Positions 40,791 to 53,616 of a stretch of 64,000 nt of DNA are shown here, in pieces. The notes beneath the pieces are model-generated. The model made no database searches. It saw only the letters and a program-made list of their open reading frames with translations, and was not told where the DNA came from. The stretch is from assembly GCA_020137815.1 (NCBI GenBank), contig CM035353.1, positions 4,960,001 to 5,024,000 of the forward strand, given 5' to 3'. Every line of letters starts with the position of its first letter. The stretch's first letter is position 1. The translations under genes were made by a program, and so were the position numbers. The DNA is from Hormiphora californensis (lineage: Eukaryota > Animalia > Ctenophora).

Positions 40791-41151
40791 AGGGACTGCA
40801 GTAGGAAATATTCCAATGTTAGGGTAACTGGGACTGCCGGGTATTTTAGGACGGTAAAATCCCTATCCATGACTGCAGCAAATAGTAAAATTCCTGCAGC
40901 AAAACGAGCTCCCAAAATGAAAATTCCAGGCGTGAAAAAAAAAATCGGGACACCGGGAATTCATGGCCTGGTGTCCCATGAGTTTTTTTTTCGCCGGGAA
41001 TGGTCGTTTGCCTGTGGCCGATTTGGCCGATTTTATCGTTTTTCATTTTTGACCAAATAGGTTCAATTATGACCAATTAATTTAAAAAAAGATAAAAGAT
41101 CAATTATAGTACGGTAATATGACGTCGAACAATAATATATTATACATGTAT

Positions 41152-41361
41152 TTAGAGCAAAACCTAATTGAAATTAGTTCGCCAGAAAGGTGGCCCATTT
41201 TGAACTTACTCCTTCATTTCCGTCACCTTTGAGTTGAGGCTTCAAAGACATTGAGGTATCCGTAAACTTTCCGCCTTCAACTCAAAGGTGACGGAAATGA
41301 AGGAGAAAGTTCAAAATGGGCACCTTTCTGGCGAACTAATTTCAATTAGTTTTTGCTCTAA
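41152..41361. repeat. Foldback palindrome
   Basis: ttagagcaaaacctaattgaaattagttcgccagaaagg is inverted as cctttctggcgaactaatttcaattagtttttgctctaa. Confidence 0.85.
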
Positions 41362-42079
41362 ATTTGTACTTTTTTTTGGTCGTTTGAGAGTCATTTATGA
41401 CCTCAAACAACTAAGATAATTGTCAAACAAAGTGTTCAAATGTAATTCAAATGTATCCTGGGATGTAGGAAGCTGATTTGACGAAATTTCAAAATTCGAC
41501 GTCGTTTTTGACGTCATGACGTCACATGTGACGTCACGACGACGTAAAAAATTATGACACGACTATTCGCCGATTAAGCACTAAACGTGTGGAAAGTTTT
41601 AAAGGCAGCAGTAGTCAAGAAATGAATTATTGCACGAAATGTGAGTTTTTGTGTAGATTTTCACATCAAATTTTAAGTTCCGACGCGTTTTAAGTCTAAA
41701 AATGACAAGTTAAGAAAATCACCTTATAGTATCTGAAAGTTCAGACAATTTGCCACTAACGATTTTCCGTCAAAATCAGGAATTGGAAAATGTCTTGAGG
41801 GTGTCTAGAGGCGTTTGAAAATATTTGGTCTGAGATTTTTAATGACGTCACTTTGTGACGTCATTATGCCCGTCATAGTGGACATTTTCACTTGGAACCT
41901 TAACTAATGCATGCCCCGAACGATTTCCTAACGGATAAAACTTAGTTCAACTCTCTAGCTAGTATTGTACAGGCTACAAGTGTTACACAGTGAAGCGTCT
42001 ATATATATATATCTATATTGTCTGACTGTTTTTATGAAGGAGTCATACTTTATCCCAATTCATTCTCATTTTGATCTTT

Positions 42080-42133
42080 GTCTACTGATGATTGGTGCCT
42101 CCTCGTGGGGCATCATGAAACATGTGTATAGAC
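42080..42133 (+). ncRNA. Type I hammerhead ribozyme, first of 12 copies (others start near 42530, 42985, 43440, 43895, 44347, 44798, 45255, 45712, 46169, 46626, 47083)
   Basis: gtcta CTGATGA t tggtgcctc-ctcgt-ggggcatca t GAAAC atgt GTA tagac: stem I gtcta/tagac, 9-bp stem II, short stem III AC/GT, GUA cleavage triplet. Confidence 0.9.
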
Positions 42134-45100
42134 CTTAAAAACTTCTGTTGTTTTTAATTTGTATAAACTGCTCGCCGGCTAACCCCGTGCTAGAGCTCTC
42201 TGTTGATCTCGGACCAAGGACAGGATATCTATCTTGTCATCACTCCACTAATCTCGCTATAATGCATGCTCCTTCAATTTATTTGTTGTAGAGCTCTCTT
42301 GTGATCTGAGGACACGTACGACGTCTGGTTTTAAGGAACTATGATCAAAATGGAATACAGATTACACAGTCCAAGAAAGGGAATGGTTGAAGTACTTTAA
42401 AACTGGGAATCTCGATGTCCAAGATACGAAGATGTGACGAAATGGTGCAACTAAATCAACTAGGAACGATTGACTGACTGTTTTTATGAAGGGTCATACT
42501 TATCCCAATTCATTCTCATTTTGATCTTTGTCTACTGATGATTGGTGCCTCCTCGTGGGGCATCATGAAACATGTGTATAGACCTTAAAAACTTCTGTTG
42601 TTTTTAATTTGTATAAACTGCTCGCCGGCTAACCCCGTGCTAGAGCTCTCTGTTGATCTCGGACCAAGGGACAGGATATCTATCTTGTCATCACTCCACT
42701 AATCTCGCTATAATGCAATGCTCCTTCAATTTATTTGTTGTAGAGCTCTCTTGTGGATCTGAGGACACGTACGACGTCTGGTTTTAAGGAACTATGATCA
42801 AAATGGAATACAGATTACACAGTCCAAGAAAGGGAATGGTTGAAGTACTTTAAAACTGGGGAATCTCGATGTCCAAGTACGAAGATGTGACGAAATGGTG
42901 CAACTAAATCTAACTAGGAACGATTGACGACTGTTTTTATGAAGGAGTCATACTTTATCCCAATTCATTCTCATTTTGATCTTTGTCTACTGATGATTGG
43001 TGCCTCCTCGTGGGGCATCATGAAACATGTGTATAGACCTTAAAAACTTCTGTTGTTTTTAATTTGTATAAACTGCTCGCCGGCTAACCCCGTGCTAGAG
43101 CTCTCTGTTGATCTCGGACCAAGGGACAGGATATCTATCTTGTCATCACTCCACTAATCTCGCTATAATGCAATGCTCCTTCATTTATTTGTTGTAGAGC
43201 TCTCTTGTGGATCTGAGGACACGTACGACGTCTGGTTTAAGGAACTATGATCAAAATGGAATACAGATTACACAGTCCAAGAAAGGGAATGGTTGAAGTA
43301 CTTTAAAACTGGGGAATCTCGATGTCCAAGATACGAAGATGTGACGAAATGGTGCAACTAAATCTAACTAGGAACGATTGACTGACTGTTTTTATGAAGG
43401 AGTCATACTTTATCCCAATTCATTCTCATTTTGATCTTTGTCTACTGATGATTGGTGCCTCCTCGTGTGGGCATCATGAAACATGTTGTAAGACCTTAAA
43501 AACTTCTGTTGTTTTTAATTTGTATAAACTGCTCGCCGGCTAACCCGTGCTAGAGCTCTCTGTTGATCTCGGACCAAGGGACAGGATATCTATCTTGTCA
43601 TCACTCCACTAATCTCGCTATAATGCAATGCTCCTTCAATTATTTGTTGTAGAGCTCTCTTGTGGATCTGAGGACACGTACGACGTCTGTTTTAAGGAAC
43701 TATGATCAAAATGGAATACAGATTACACAGTCCAAGAAAGGGAATGGTTGAAGTACTTTAAAACTGGGGAATCTCGATGTCCAAGATACGAAGATGTGAC
43801 GAAATGGTGCAACTAAATCTAACTAGGAACGATTGACTGACTGTTTTTATGAAGGAGTCATACTTTATCCCAATTCATTCTCATTTTGATCTTTGTCTAC
43901 TGATGATTGGTGCCTCCTCGTGGGGCATCATGAAACATGTGTATAGACCTTAAAAACTTCTGTTGTTTTTAATTGTATAAACTGCTCGCCGGCTAACCCC
44001 GTGCTAGAGCTCTCTGTTGATCTCGGACCAAGGGACAGGAATTTATCTTGTCATCACTCCACTAATCTCGCTATAATGCAATGCTCCTTCAATTTATTTG
44101 TTGTAGAGCTCTCTTGTGGATCTGAGGACACGTACGACGTCTGGTTTTAAGGAACTATGATCAAAATGGAATACAGATTACACAGTCCAAGAAAGGGAAT
44201 GGTTGAAGTACTTTAAAACTGGGGAATCTCGATGTCCAAGAACGAAGATGTGACGAAATGGTGCAACTAAATCTAACTAGGAACGATTGACTGACTGTTT
44301 TTATGAAGGAGTCATACTTATCCCAATTCATTCTCATTTGATCTTTGTCTACTGATGATTGGTGCCTCCTGTGGGGCATCATGAAACATGTGTATAGACC
44401 TTAAAAACTTCTGTTGTTTTAATTTGTATAAACTGCTCGCGGCTAACCCCGTGTAGAGCTCTCTGTTGATCTCGGACCAAGGGACAGGATATCTATCTTG
44501 TCATCACTCCACTAATCTCGCTATATGCAATGCTCCTTCAATTTATTTGTGTAGAGCTCTTTGTGGATCTGAGGACACGTACGACGTCTGGTTTAAGGAA
44601 CTATGATCAAAATGGAATACAGATTACACAGTCCAAGAAAGGGAATGGTTGAAGTACTTTAAAACTGGGAATCTCGATGTCCAAGATACGAAGATGTGAC
44701 GAAATGGTGCAACTAAATCTAACTAGGAACGATTGACTGACTGTTTTTATGAAGGAGTCATAATACTTTATCCCAATTCATTCTCATTTTGATCTTTGTC
44801 TACTGATGATTGGTGCCTCCTCGTGGGGCATCATGAAACATGTGTATAGACCTTAAAAACTTCTGTTGTTTTTAATTTGTATAAACTGCTCGCCGGCTAA
44901 CCCCGTGCTAGAGCTCTCTGTTGATCTCGGACCAAGGGACAGGATATCTATCTTGTCATCACTCCACTAATCTCGCTATAATGCAATGCTCCTTCAATTT
45001 ATTTGTTGTAGAGCTCTCTTGTGGATCTGAGGACACGTACGACGTCTGGTTTTAAGGAACTATGATCAAAATGGAATACAGATTACACAGTCCAAGAAAG

Positions 45101-47082
45101 GGAATGGTTGAAGTACTTTAAAACTGGGGAATCTCGATGTCCAAGATACGAAGATGTGACGAAATGGTGCAACTAAATCTAACTAGGAACGATTGACTGA
45201 CTGTTTTTATGAAGGAGTCATACTTTATCCCAATTCATTCTCATTTTGATCTTTGTCTACTGATGATTGGTGCCTCCTCGTGGGGCATCATGAAACATGT
45301 GTATAGACCTTAAAAACTTCTGTTGTTTTTAATTTGTATAAACTGCTCGCCGGCTAACCCCGTGCTAGAGCTCTCTGTTGATCTCGGACCAAGGGACAGG
45401 ATATCTATCTTGTCATCACTCCACTAATCTCGCTATAATGCAATGCTCCTTCAATTTATTTGTTGTAGAGCTCTCTTGTGGATCTGAGGACACGTACGAC
45501 GTCTGGTTTTAAGGAACTATGATCAAAATGGAATACAGATTACACAGTCCAAGAAAGGGAATGGTTGAAGTACTTTAAAACTGGGGAATCTCGATGTCCA
45601 AGATACGAAGATGTGACGAAATGGTGCAACTAAATCTAACTAGGAACGATTGACTGACTGTTTTTATGAAGGAGTCATACTTTATCCCAATTCATTCTCA
45701 TTTTGATCTTTGTCTACTGATGATTGGTGCCTCCTCGTGGGGCATCATGAAACATGTGTATAGACCTTAAAAACTTCTGTTGTTTTTAATTTGTATAAAC
45801 TGCTCGCCGGCTAACCCCGTGCTAGAGCTCTCTGTTGATCTCGGACCAAGGGACAGGATATCTATCTTGTCATCACTCCACTAATCTCGCTATAATGCAA
45901 TGCTCCTTCAATTTATTTGTTGTAGAGCTCTCTTGTGGATCTGAGGACACGTACGACGTCTGGTTTTAAGGAACTATGATCAAAATGGAATACAGATTAC
46001 ACAGTCCAAGAAAGGGAATGGTTGAAGTACTTTAAAACTGGGGAATCTCGATGTCCAAGATACGAAGATGTGACGAAATGGTGCAACTAAATCTAACTAG
46101 GAACGATTGACTGACTGTTTTTATGAAGGAGTCATACTTTATCCCAATTCATTCTCATTTTGATCTTTGTCTACTGATGATTGGTGCCTCCTCGTGGGGC
46201 ATCATGAAACATGTGTATAGACCTTAAAAACTTCTGTTGTTTTTAATTTGTATAAACTGCTCGCCGGCTAACCCCGTGCTAGAGCTCTCTGTTGATCTCG
46301 GACCAAGGGACAGGATATCTATCTTGTCATCACTCCACTAATCTCGCTATAATGCAATGCTCCTTCAATTTATTTGTTGTAGAGCTCTCTTGTGGATCTG
46401 AGGACACGTACGACGTCTGGTTTTAAGGAACTATGATCAAAATGGAATACAGATTACACAGTCCAAGAAAGGGAATGGTTGAAGTACTTTAAAACTGGGG
46501 AATCTCGATGTCCAAGATACGAAGATGTGACGAAATGGTGCAACTAAATCTAACTAGGAACGATTGACTGACTGTTTTTATGAAGGAGTCATACTTTATC
46601 CCAATTCATTCTCATTTTGATCTTTGTCTACTGATGATTGGTGCCTCCTCGTGGGGCATCATGAAACATGTGTATAGACCTTAAAAACTTCTGTTGTTTT
46701 TAATTTGTATAAACTGCTCGCCGGCTAACCCCGTGCTAGAGCTCTCTGTTGATCTCGGACCAAGGGACAGGATATCTATCTTGTCATCACTCCACTAATC
46801 TCGCTATAATGCAATGCTCCTTCAATTTATTTGTTGTAGAGCTCTCTTGTGGATCTGAGGACACGTACGACGTCTGGTTTTAAGGAACTATGATCAAAAT
46901 GGAATACAGATTACACAGTCCAAGAAAGGGAATGGTTGAAGTACTTTAAAACTGGGGAATCTCGATGTCCAAGATACGAAGATGTGACGAAATGGTGCAA
47001 CTAAATCTAACTAGGAACGATTGACTGACTGTTTTTATGAAGGAGTCATACTTTATCCCAATTCATTCTCATTTTGATCTTT

Positions 47083-47136
47083 GTCTACTGATGATTGGTG
47101 CCTCCTCGTGGGGCATCATGAAACATGTGTATAGAC
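47083..47136 (+). ncRNA. Type I hammerhead ribozyme, last copy, in the partial terminal unit
   Basis: Identical to the first copy. The array stops about 30 nt after it. Confidence 0.9.
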
Positions 47137-47204
47137 CTTAAAAACTTCTGTTGTTTTTAATTTGTATCTATATATCTATATATCTATATATATATATATA
47201 TATA

Positions 47205-47498
47205 CCTATCGCCACACTGAATTTTCTGTTTTGGGGGTGGTGTCATAACTTGCCACCGGAATGAGCTAGCTACTTGAATTTTTTACCGTCAGTAGAGGTC
47301 TATGTGAAGCTTCTTAGTACCAAATTTGAGCCTCCTAGCTCATCTGGTTCCGGAGTTAGGAGGGGTCGAAAAGTGCCAAAATGGGCTAAAACTTCAAAAT
47401 TGTTATATCTACGCTGTTGGCAAGCGGGCCCACTTTTTCGGGAAAAGTTTTTGGGGGGATGGGATGGGGCCACCTTTGCGCTTGCCAGCGCAGTGATA
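47205..47498 (+). mobile_element. Probable HINE/DINE-like (Helentron-associated) element, 3' part
   Basis: Follows the (TA)n tract. cgccacactg pairs with cagtgaagcg on the other side of the array (41988). Ends in hairpin tgcgct-tgcc-agcgca, also seen near 25360. Confidence 0.4.
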
Positions 47499-47519
47499 AA
47501 CAGAGTAAGCGAGAATCTT

Positions 47520-47995
47520 ACTTGAATTTATTGGTTATGATTGCTTTGAAGTTTTCCATTGATCCAATAATCTTGATTTTGCTGAGTTCGTCAACTCCCT
47601 CTGCAATTTGCCTCACTATCAAGTGACTATCATAACCCTTAAAGTTGTGAAAGATGATAGGAAGTTTAGGCGTTTTAATTGTTCTTTTAGATTTTCGCCT
47701 TTTGATGTTGCACTAGCTGTTGGCTGCGTCCACATGTACTTTCCATAGTTTTGATTGAACTCTGTCAGCAATAATCTCTCCCTCAAAACATTTTGTTGTC
47801 ACTCTTGATAGATGTCCCTCGCATATCCAACATTTTGTCGCATTTGCAAAGGAGGTTTCATCTTCAGGTGTCATGGTAAGAGGGTCATGGTCAATATTCA
47901 TTAATTCAGTGAGTGAAGCATATTCCTTTTCCATAGCAGTCATGAAGTGCTGTGCAACATCCATCCCATCAATCCCTCGATATACACACATCGCG
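47520..47995 (-). mobile_element. Maverick/Polinton-type protein-primed DNA polymerase B fragment, decayed
   Basis: YRG.D....F...M, LTMTPEDETSFANATKCWICEG, AANS*CN, LPIIFHNFKGYDSHLIV: the zinc-binding region and exonuclease II motif HN.KGYD.H of pPolB. Confidence 0.85.
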
Positions 47996-49903
47996 ACTAA
48001 ACCCTTTCACATCAGACACTACTTGGTAGGAATATCCGCACGGGATGTGTTCCTTTTCCTCTCCCACAATTATTTCTCAACTCCCTCCACAAGGAGCTGG
48101 AAAACTGTGTAATTACATATAATTAGTACAGTAAAGTGACTGTCCTTAATTGCAACTTCCTGATTGCAATTTACTTAGCTAAATTAATAATGTTTAATGA
48201 TAATCTCCGGCCGTACAATTAACATTTAAAATAAATAAATAAGTAAATAAATAAATAAATAACAAATGGCCGTGTACTCTTCAGTCACTTATAGTACACC
48301 AGGGTTAAGTAATATAGTTGCAGTATATTGTATATTGTATCTCGTGCACCGGCAAAGTATAGGTTGAATTTATCCAGTAATGACTGCTGCTCGCACTTGT
48401 GGAGCAGAGGACAGGTAAAATTGTGACCTTGACAGACTCGCCGTGCAGATTCCATAATTCTTTCAGTAACAAGTGCTACAGTACGAGCACGTAGAATATC
48501 CAGCTGTACTGATAATTTGACAATATAATACTCCAGTCCTCCAACGAGAGGACCACCGACTTGCCAGAAATTCTGGCGTTGGTGATCCTCAGGGGAGTTG
48601 TTTCTGTATTAAAGTGGGTAAGGACCACGTCCCGGCGCAGCCGGTTTATGTCCGGTGGACCCTCACCGAGCCACTCTATCGTGGCTGTGGGTCGGGCCAC
48701 AGGGGGTGGCCTTCGTGGCGTCGTGTTTCAGCCCTGCACTCCCGGTTTAGGTTGGCTAGCATATATATATGATACATAACTATAGCTATTAAACATTCAA
48801 TAAAACATTTATTAATGGGAAATAACTTTATCTTGTCCATCAGATCATATGTGTCGTTACATTTTAAAATCCCATCTCATATATAGGAACTGGCATATTC
48901 GATCATCGTACGTCAGGAGTAGCTGTTTTGCTTCGTAACTTGAATTACGCTCGTTTTTACACTCGCATAGTCAAATAGAAACAAGTTAGTTAGTAACTAA
49001 CAAGTTAGTTAGTAACTAACTAACTTGTTTCTATTTGTATTTGCTCTCACCCTGTGATAGAGCACTGTCGGCACCCGGTGCACTGCAACTGCACTCGCAT
49101 AGTCCCTAATTTCAACTAAACGTATATTATATGTCTCGCCAACCGACCCGGAGAATATATGGGACACCCTGTATATATCTGCAGTGGTCCTCTTGACAAT
49201 GGCTGGCTGGCGGCTGGATCCTGAATGTCCTCGTAATTAGTGGCGGCTGGCTCTCGCTAATAATTCTCTATATTATGTATTATAATTTAATCGTCAAACT
49301 TGTAAAGCAGTAGCGCGAGGAATAATAATTCCTCACTAACTGTTTTCAATGTCGCTATCAGAATCACTGTCATTGTCAATGCTGTCTAAACTTTCATCAC
49401 TCGAAGATAGCTCAAGGTTATCAGATATGGGTTTTGTTTCTATTGTTTGACAAGATGTGCGGTCAAAAACAAAATCAAAATCATGAAAGTAGCAGTGTTT
49501 CAGAACTTGGTGATGCAGCTGGTTACCCGTTAAAAGTTGATCAAGCTTAGGTAGCATTGTCAAGCTATCTTGCCAATGTCGGATTATATGTCAAGCTAGT
49601 CCGAAACTAGGACCTCCAAAGCTGACCAAGTACGTTTCTTTACCTTTAGAGTGTTTCTTTAAGCTACTGTCAATAATTCTATCGCCCATTATATCCTGAT
49701 CCTGTGAGTTCTCCTGACTTTATTAGAACACATTAATTCTTCAAAGGAAAAATATACAAAAGATTTTCATTTTCAGTGTCAAGTAGCATAATCACTATCA
49801 CTATAATCGCTTTCACTAACACTACTCTCAGTATCACTTTCATCATCATGATGATCATGAGACAATCCTCTTCAATCTCTTCGTCCGTTTCGCTATCACT
49901 ATT

Positions 49904-50330
49904 TTACTCCGTGCCCAGCCTGCAGATGGACGCTATGTGTCCGTATGTAAGACATCGCGAGCACTCAATCATTTGCTGCACCCTTGGTGGCTTTTGATTA
50001 TACCGGCCGAAGGCCTCGTGATCCCTAGCAATCGTCTCCCGGCTATCCGCCATTTCCCTCCGTTGCATAAACCGTAGCCACGTAGCGTTGGTCGCCATCC
50101 GCCGCCCCTCCCTCCGCATCCTGGCCTCCCTCTCCGCCCGCCTCCTCCGTGCCTCCACCATCCTCCTCTCCCTCTCCTCTGCCTGAATTCTCTCCCTCAC
50201 CCTCATTAGCCCTTCCACCTTGCTCCTCCTCGTTTCCTCCTCCAACTCCCCCCTAGCCGCCGGTCCTCCGCCACCCAGTCCTCCACCTGCCCCTCCTCCT
50301 GTCCATCCGTCCCCAGCCCCTCCATCCCCT
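49904..50330 (-). mobile_element. Gag/ORF1-like fragment with an R/E-rich coil and CCHC zinc knuckle
   Basis: CSRCLTYGHIASIC (CX2CX4HX4C) after a charged helical stretch. Confidence 0.55.
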
Positions 50331-51185
50331 GGTCAATAAGCGGGCCAGAGAGTGAGGGCATTAATATCAATCACTTCTCTGACATTCAAGTGGCATTCAC
50401 AGTTGGTTACGAAGTCACCCCTTAATATTTCATTTCACTGGGGCGCTCATTACCACCGTAACCACCGGACCACACCTCCACCTCCACCTTCTCTCCAACC
50501 TGTTATCTGTTCATGGGAGAGACAAAGAATAATAGAATGCAGATCTTTTATTATTTATCTATTCGTTAATACGGGACATTCCGCCCTAACTATAACTATA
50601 GATATGTGCCGGCAATATACTACACTAATAAACTAATAAATTATCGGTAATTTATGTTAGGGTCTACCCCATGCTGTTACCGTGGTATCCAATGACATAA
50701 GTCCTGCGAAATTGGCCCCTCGCTTACCCTCTCCAGCGTCCTCAGGGACTATATGTCTCTGGACAAATGTTGCAGTCTTTTAGCTGCTTTTTCAGCCGCT
50801 GCTCGGATGTCTTCGGTGTTCACAGCTGTTTTTATGGCCTCGAGGACTGCATCCGACAACTCAAACGTCGTAACTCTATACGCATTTCTGATAGGCTTTC
50901 TCAGCCCAAACCGATCTATCTCGGTTCTCGATGTCCTCCGTGTTTACCCCCGTTTTTATAGCCTCTCCTACCGTATCAGATAACTCGAATGTCGTAATCC
51001 GATACGTTTCTTTCAGCGTTCAGTCCTATTGTTTCCTAGCAGCGAGCAAGGATCTCAATAATCTAACAGCTTCTTAGCCCCGTCCAGATGTAGATCAACT
51101 GCACCAAAGGTTCCGAGCTGTGCAGCGGTGCTAATCGTTCAAAAACAAAGGATCCAAGCTGTTTCAAAGCAGTCATGGTTTTACA

Positions 51186-51362
51186 TGAGAAGGGGGAAGT
51201 GAGGAGGATACAGAGAACGGAGAGAGAGACAGACACAACAATTACAGATAGACAGACATACTAACATATGTTAGTATACTAACATATGTGTCTATCTGTC
51301 TGTAATTGTTGTGTCTGTCTCTCTCTCCGTTGTCTGTATCCTCCTCACTTCCCCCTTTTCAT
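51186..51362. repeat. Foldback hairpin
   Basis: ggggaagtgaggaggatacaga...acagacacaacaattacaga is inverted at 51298-51356. Confidence 0.85.
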
Positions 51363-52326
51363 TATAATAATATTGCATTATAATAATATTACATATTAAC
51401 ATACTAACATGACAAACTAACATAGAGACACTCTGTCCTCTGACCCCCACAATCCACCACCTTCTCCGACTAAGTTTACGTCCGTTACCCCGAGATAGAA
51501 ACAAGCAGAAACAAGCAGTTCGTTTTCGGGAAATAATATAATATATAATACACGCTGAATTAATTACCTATTACATTGTCAATTTCTATCCCTCACGCTG
51601 AATAAATGATTGTTGTACTGGGACACGTCGTCAAGCTGATCAGAAGATGGTCTTCAATCGTAAGGACAGGAGAGCGTCAAATTTCTCCGCAACAGCGGTG
51701 CCGATGTTCTCGTCACAGAGCGGTCCGTTTAGAAATCCTCTAACAGGGTCCAGCAGTCGGAATTAGAGCTTAGCCCTAATTTTCCTCCTTTGATTGTAGT
51801 CGATTGCGTTGATGCTAGTCAGCACTTCCGCCTTCGCTACTTCGAATCTCCGCCAAAATTCAGTGAGGATCGAGCTGTGATTACCAGGTCCCCGGAGCGT
51901 TGCTGACCCCTCTGAAATCAGTTTCAGTAATCTGGCATTTTTATAGGTCTTAGAATGGTGGCATTCACTCTTCCCTCATGTGGAGTAAGCTGTCGTATTT
52001 CAACTGTGAAAGCGGTTTCAGGATATTCTTCTTCTTGTCGAACAGGAACAGGAGCTGATTCCGGTGCTGAGGCCTGAGTCAAAGCTGGTTGTCGCGTGCT
52101 GCTACACGATGATGTCCGGCTGGAAGGTGATCTCTTTCGTGGGGTAGAGGTGGGTTGGTTGACTGTCTTTGAGCCCCCTAATGGCGAGCTCATCCTCAAT
52201 TTCCCAACAGGTAGTCATCGCTGTAGTCTTTAGGGTGGAGTTGGCTGGAGCGGTTTCAGCTCATTGGAGGTAAAGAGCTCCCCCAATCGGTTGAGTATGT
52301 CCTCAGGGAAACAACCCCGCATCCAC

Positions 52327-53310
52327 TCCTCTCTCCAAAGGGGATGAAACCAGGACCTTGTGTATTGGTCCAGCTGCTGTACAGGTGCCCCGCACCTATA
52401 GGCATTGCGTGTGTACAATCCATCTGTTTCTATGATCCGCACAAGATACAACGTACTGGCCCAAATCTCTTCCTTAGAGATATGCCATCCTTTTCCCGCA
52501 GGAAATCCCACCACCATGTATCCCTATACAGGGGTACTAATTCGATATACATCGGTTTCGCAATAGTAAATTTAAATTGTAAATAACATAATCTACTATA
52601 ATTGTATATGTCATAATATATCATATCATATATATCATATATAACATAGTCCTTACACAGGATGCCGCAAACATCCCTCAGCTCTAAAAGTCTCCTCGGG
52701 TTCGGGTATGATCCCTCCCGCGCTCGTTGTGTTGTCTCACAGGGAATCGCCGTTGCCTACCATATTCCCAGAGGGTCTCGAGTCCCACCATGACCTCCTG
52801 TTTCACCTCTTCAAGTGATCCTTGTTGTAGAAATTCACTAATACTTTTCCCGGTAGCGGTGAAAAGCTCTTTGGCTGCAGCCAAAACTCCTGGACGCCCC
52901 GGGTAGGCCATGATTGCGGCCGATGCCTGTCCCCTTCGGTTCCTCTCATCGCGAATCGCGTGAAGCCTCCGCGGGACCGTGTCCTCTTCGCTGAGGGCGT
53001 CCAGGAGTTCCTCTAAAAACTCCACATAATCCCTGACGGGGACTAATCTGATGGGCGTAGCACCTATAGGTATTGGTTATGAAATGACTTCCACGGTGTA
53101 TATGATAAGTATATTAATCCTCCTCTCTCCAAAGAGAATGAAACCAGGACCTTGTGTATTGGTCCAGCTGCTGTACAGGTTCCCCGCACCTATAGGCATT
53201 GCGTGTGTACAATCCATCTGTTTCTATGATCCGCACAAGATACAACGTACTGGCCCAAATCTCTTCCTTAGAGATATGCCATCCTTTTCCTGCAGAAAAC
53301 CCCACCACCA
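52327..53310. repeat. Local ~190-bp direct duplication (52327-52516 and 53121-53310)
   Basis: Near-identical sequence giving the same ORF fragments (KGWHISKEEIWASTLYLVRIIETDGLY). Confidence 0.9.
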
Positions 53311-53616
53311 GGTGTAAATACCGGTACCAATTCGATAAACAATGTTTTCGTTGCAGGGTGAAAAATATATTTTAATAAATTATATCAGCATAACATACTA
53401 AAACATGTACTAACGAACATAACTTGTGTTTAACAAAACACTTTAGCTGTCTGTGTATCATACTGATTAGTAATCAGTGATTACTGATTACTGTCACCTA
53501 GCTAGTAGCTACATAAGTGGGTTAATCTACATATCTTTTAAAATGTGATTATACATATGTAATCATAATGTATTGTCATTCAATCAATGGTTAGTCAATG
53601 GTTAGTCTGCTAAAAA

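Larger units (their letters stand above)
42020..47166 (+). mobile_element. Tandem array of a 457-bp hammerhead-containing unit (~11.3 units): retrozyme / Penelope pLTR-like
   Basis: Period 457 (gattgactgactg at 45191, 45648, 46105, 46562, 47019). Each unit and the final partial unit carry a hammerhead. Both flanks are (TA)n tracts. Confidence 0.88.

Noticed and set aside
40446-41060. Repetitive ORFs (MEYSKEFPLLQQHCSRHCK...)
   Set aside because: Translations of a 58-bp minisatellite that cycles through frames.
42020-47166. CRISPR array, rDNA/snRNA cluster or protein-coding repeat
   Set aside because: Units repeat in full with no unique spacers, show no recognisable rRNA or snRNA sequence, and have only short stop-bounded frames.
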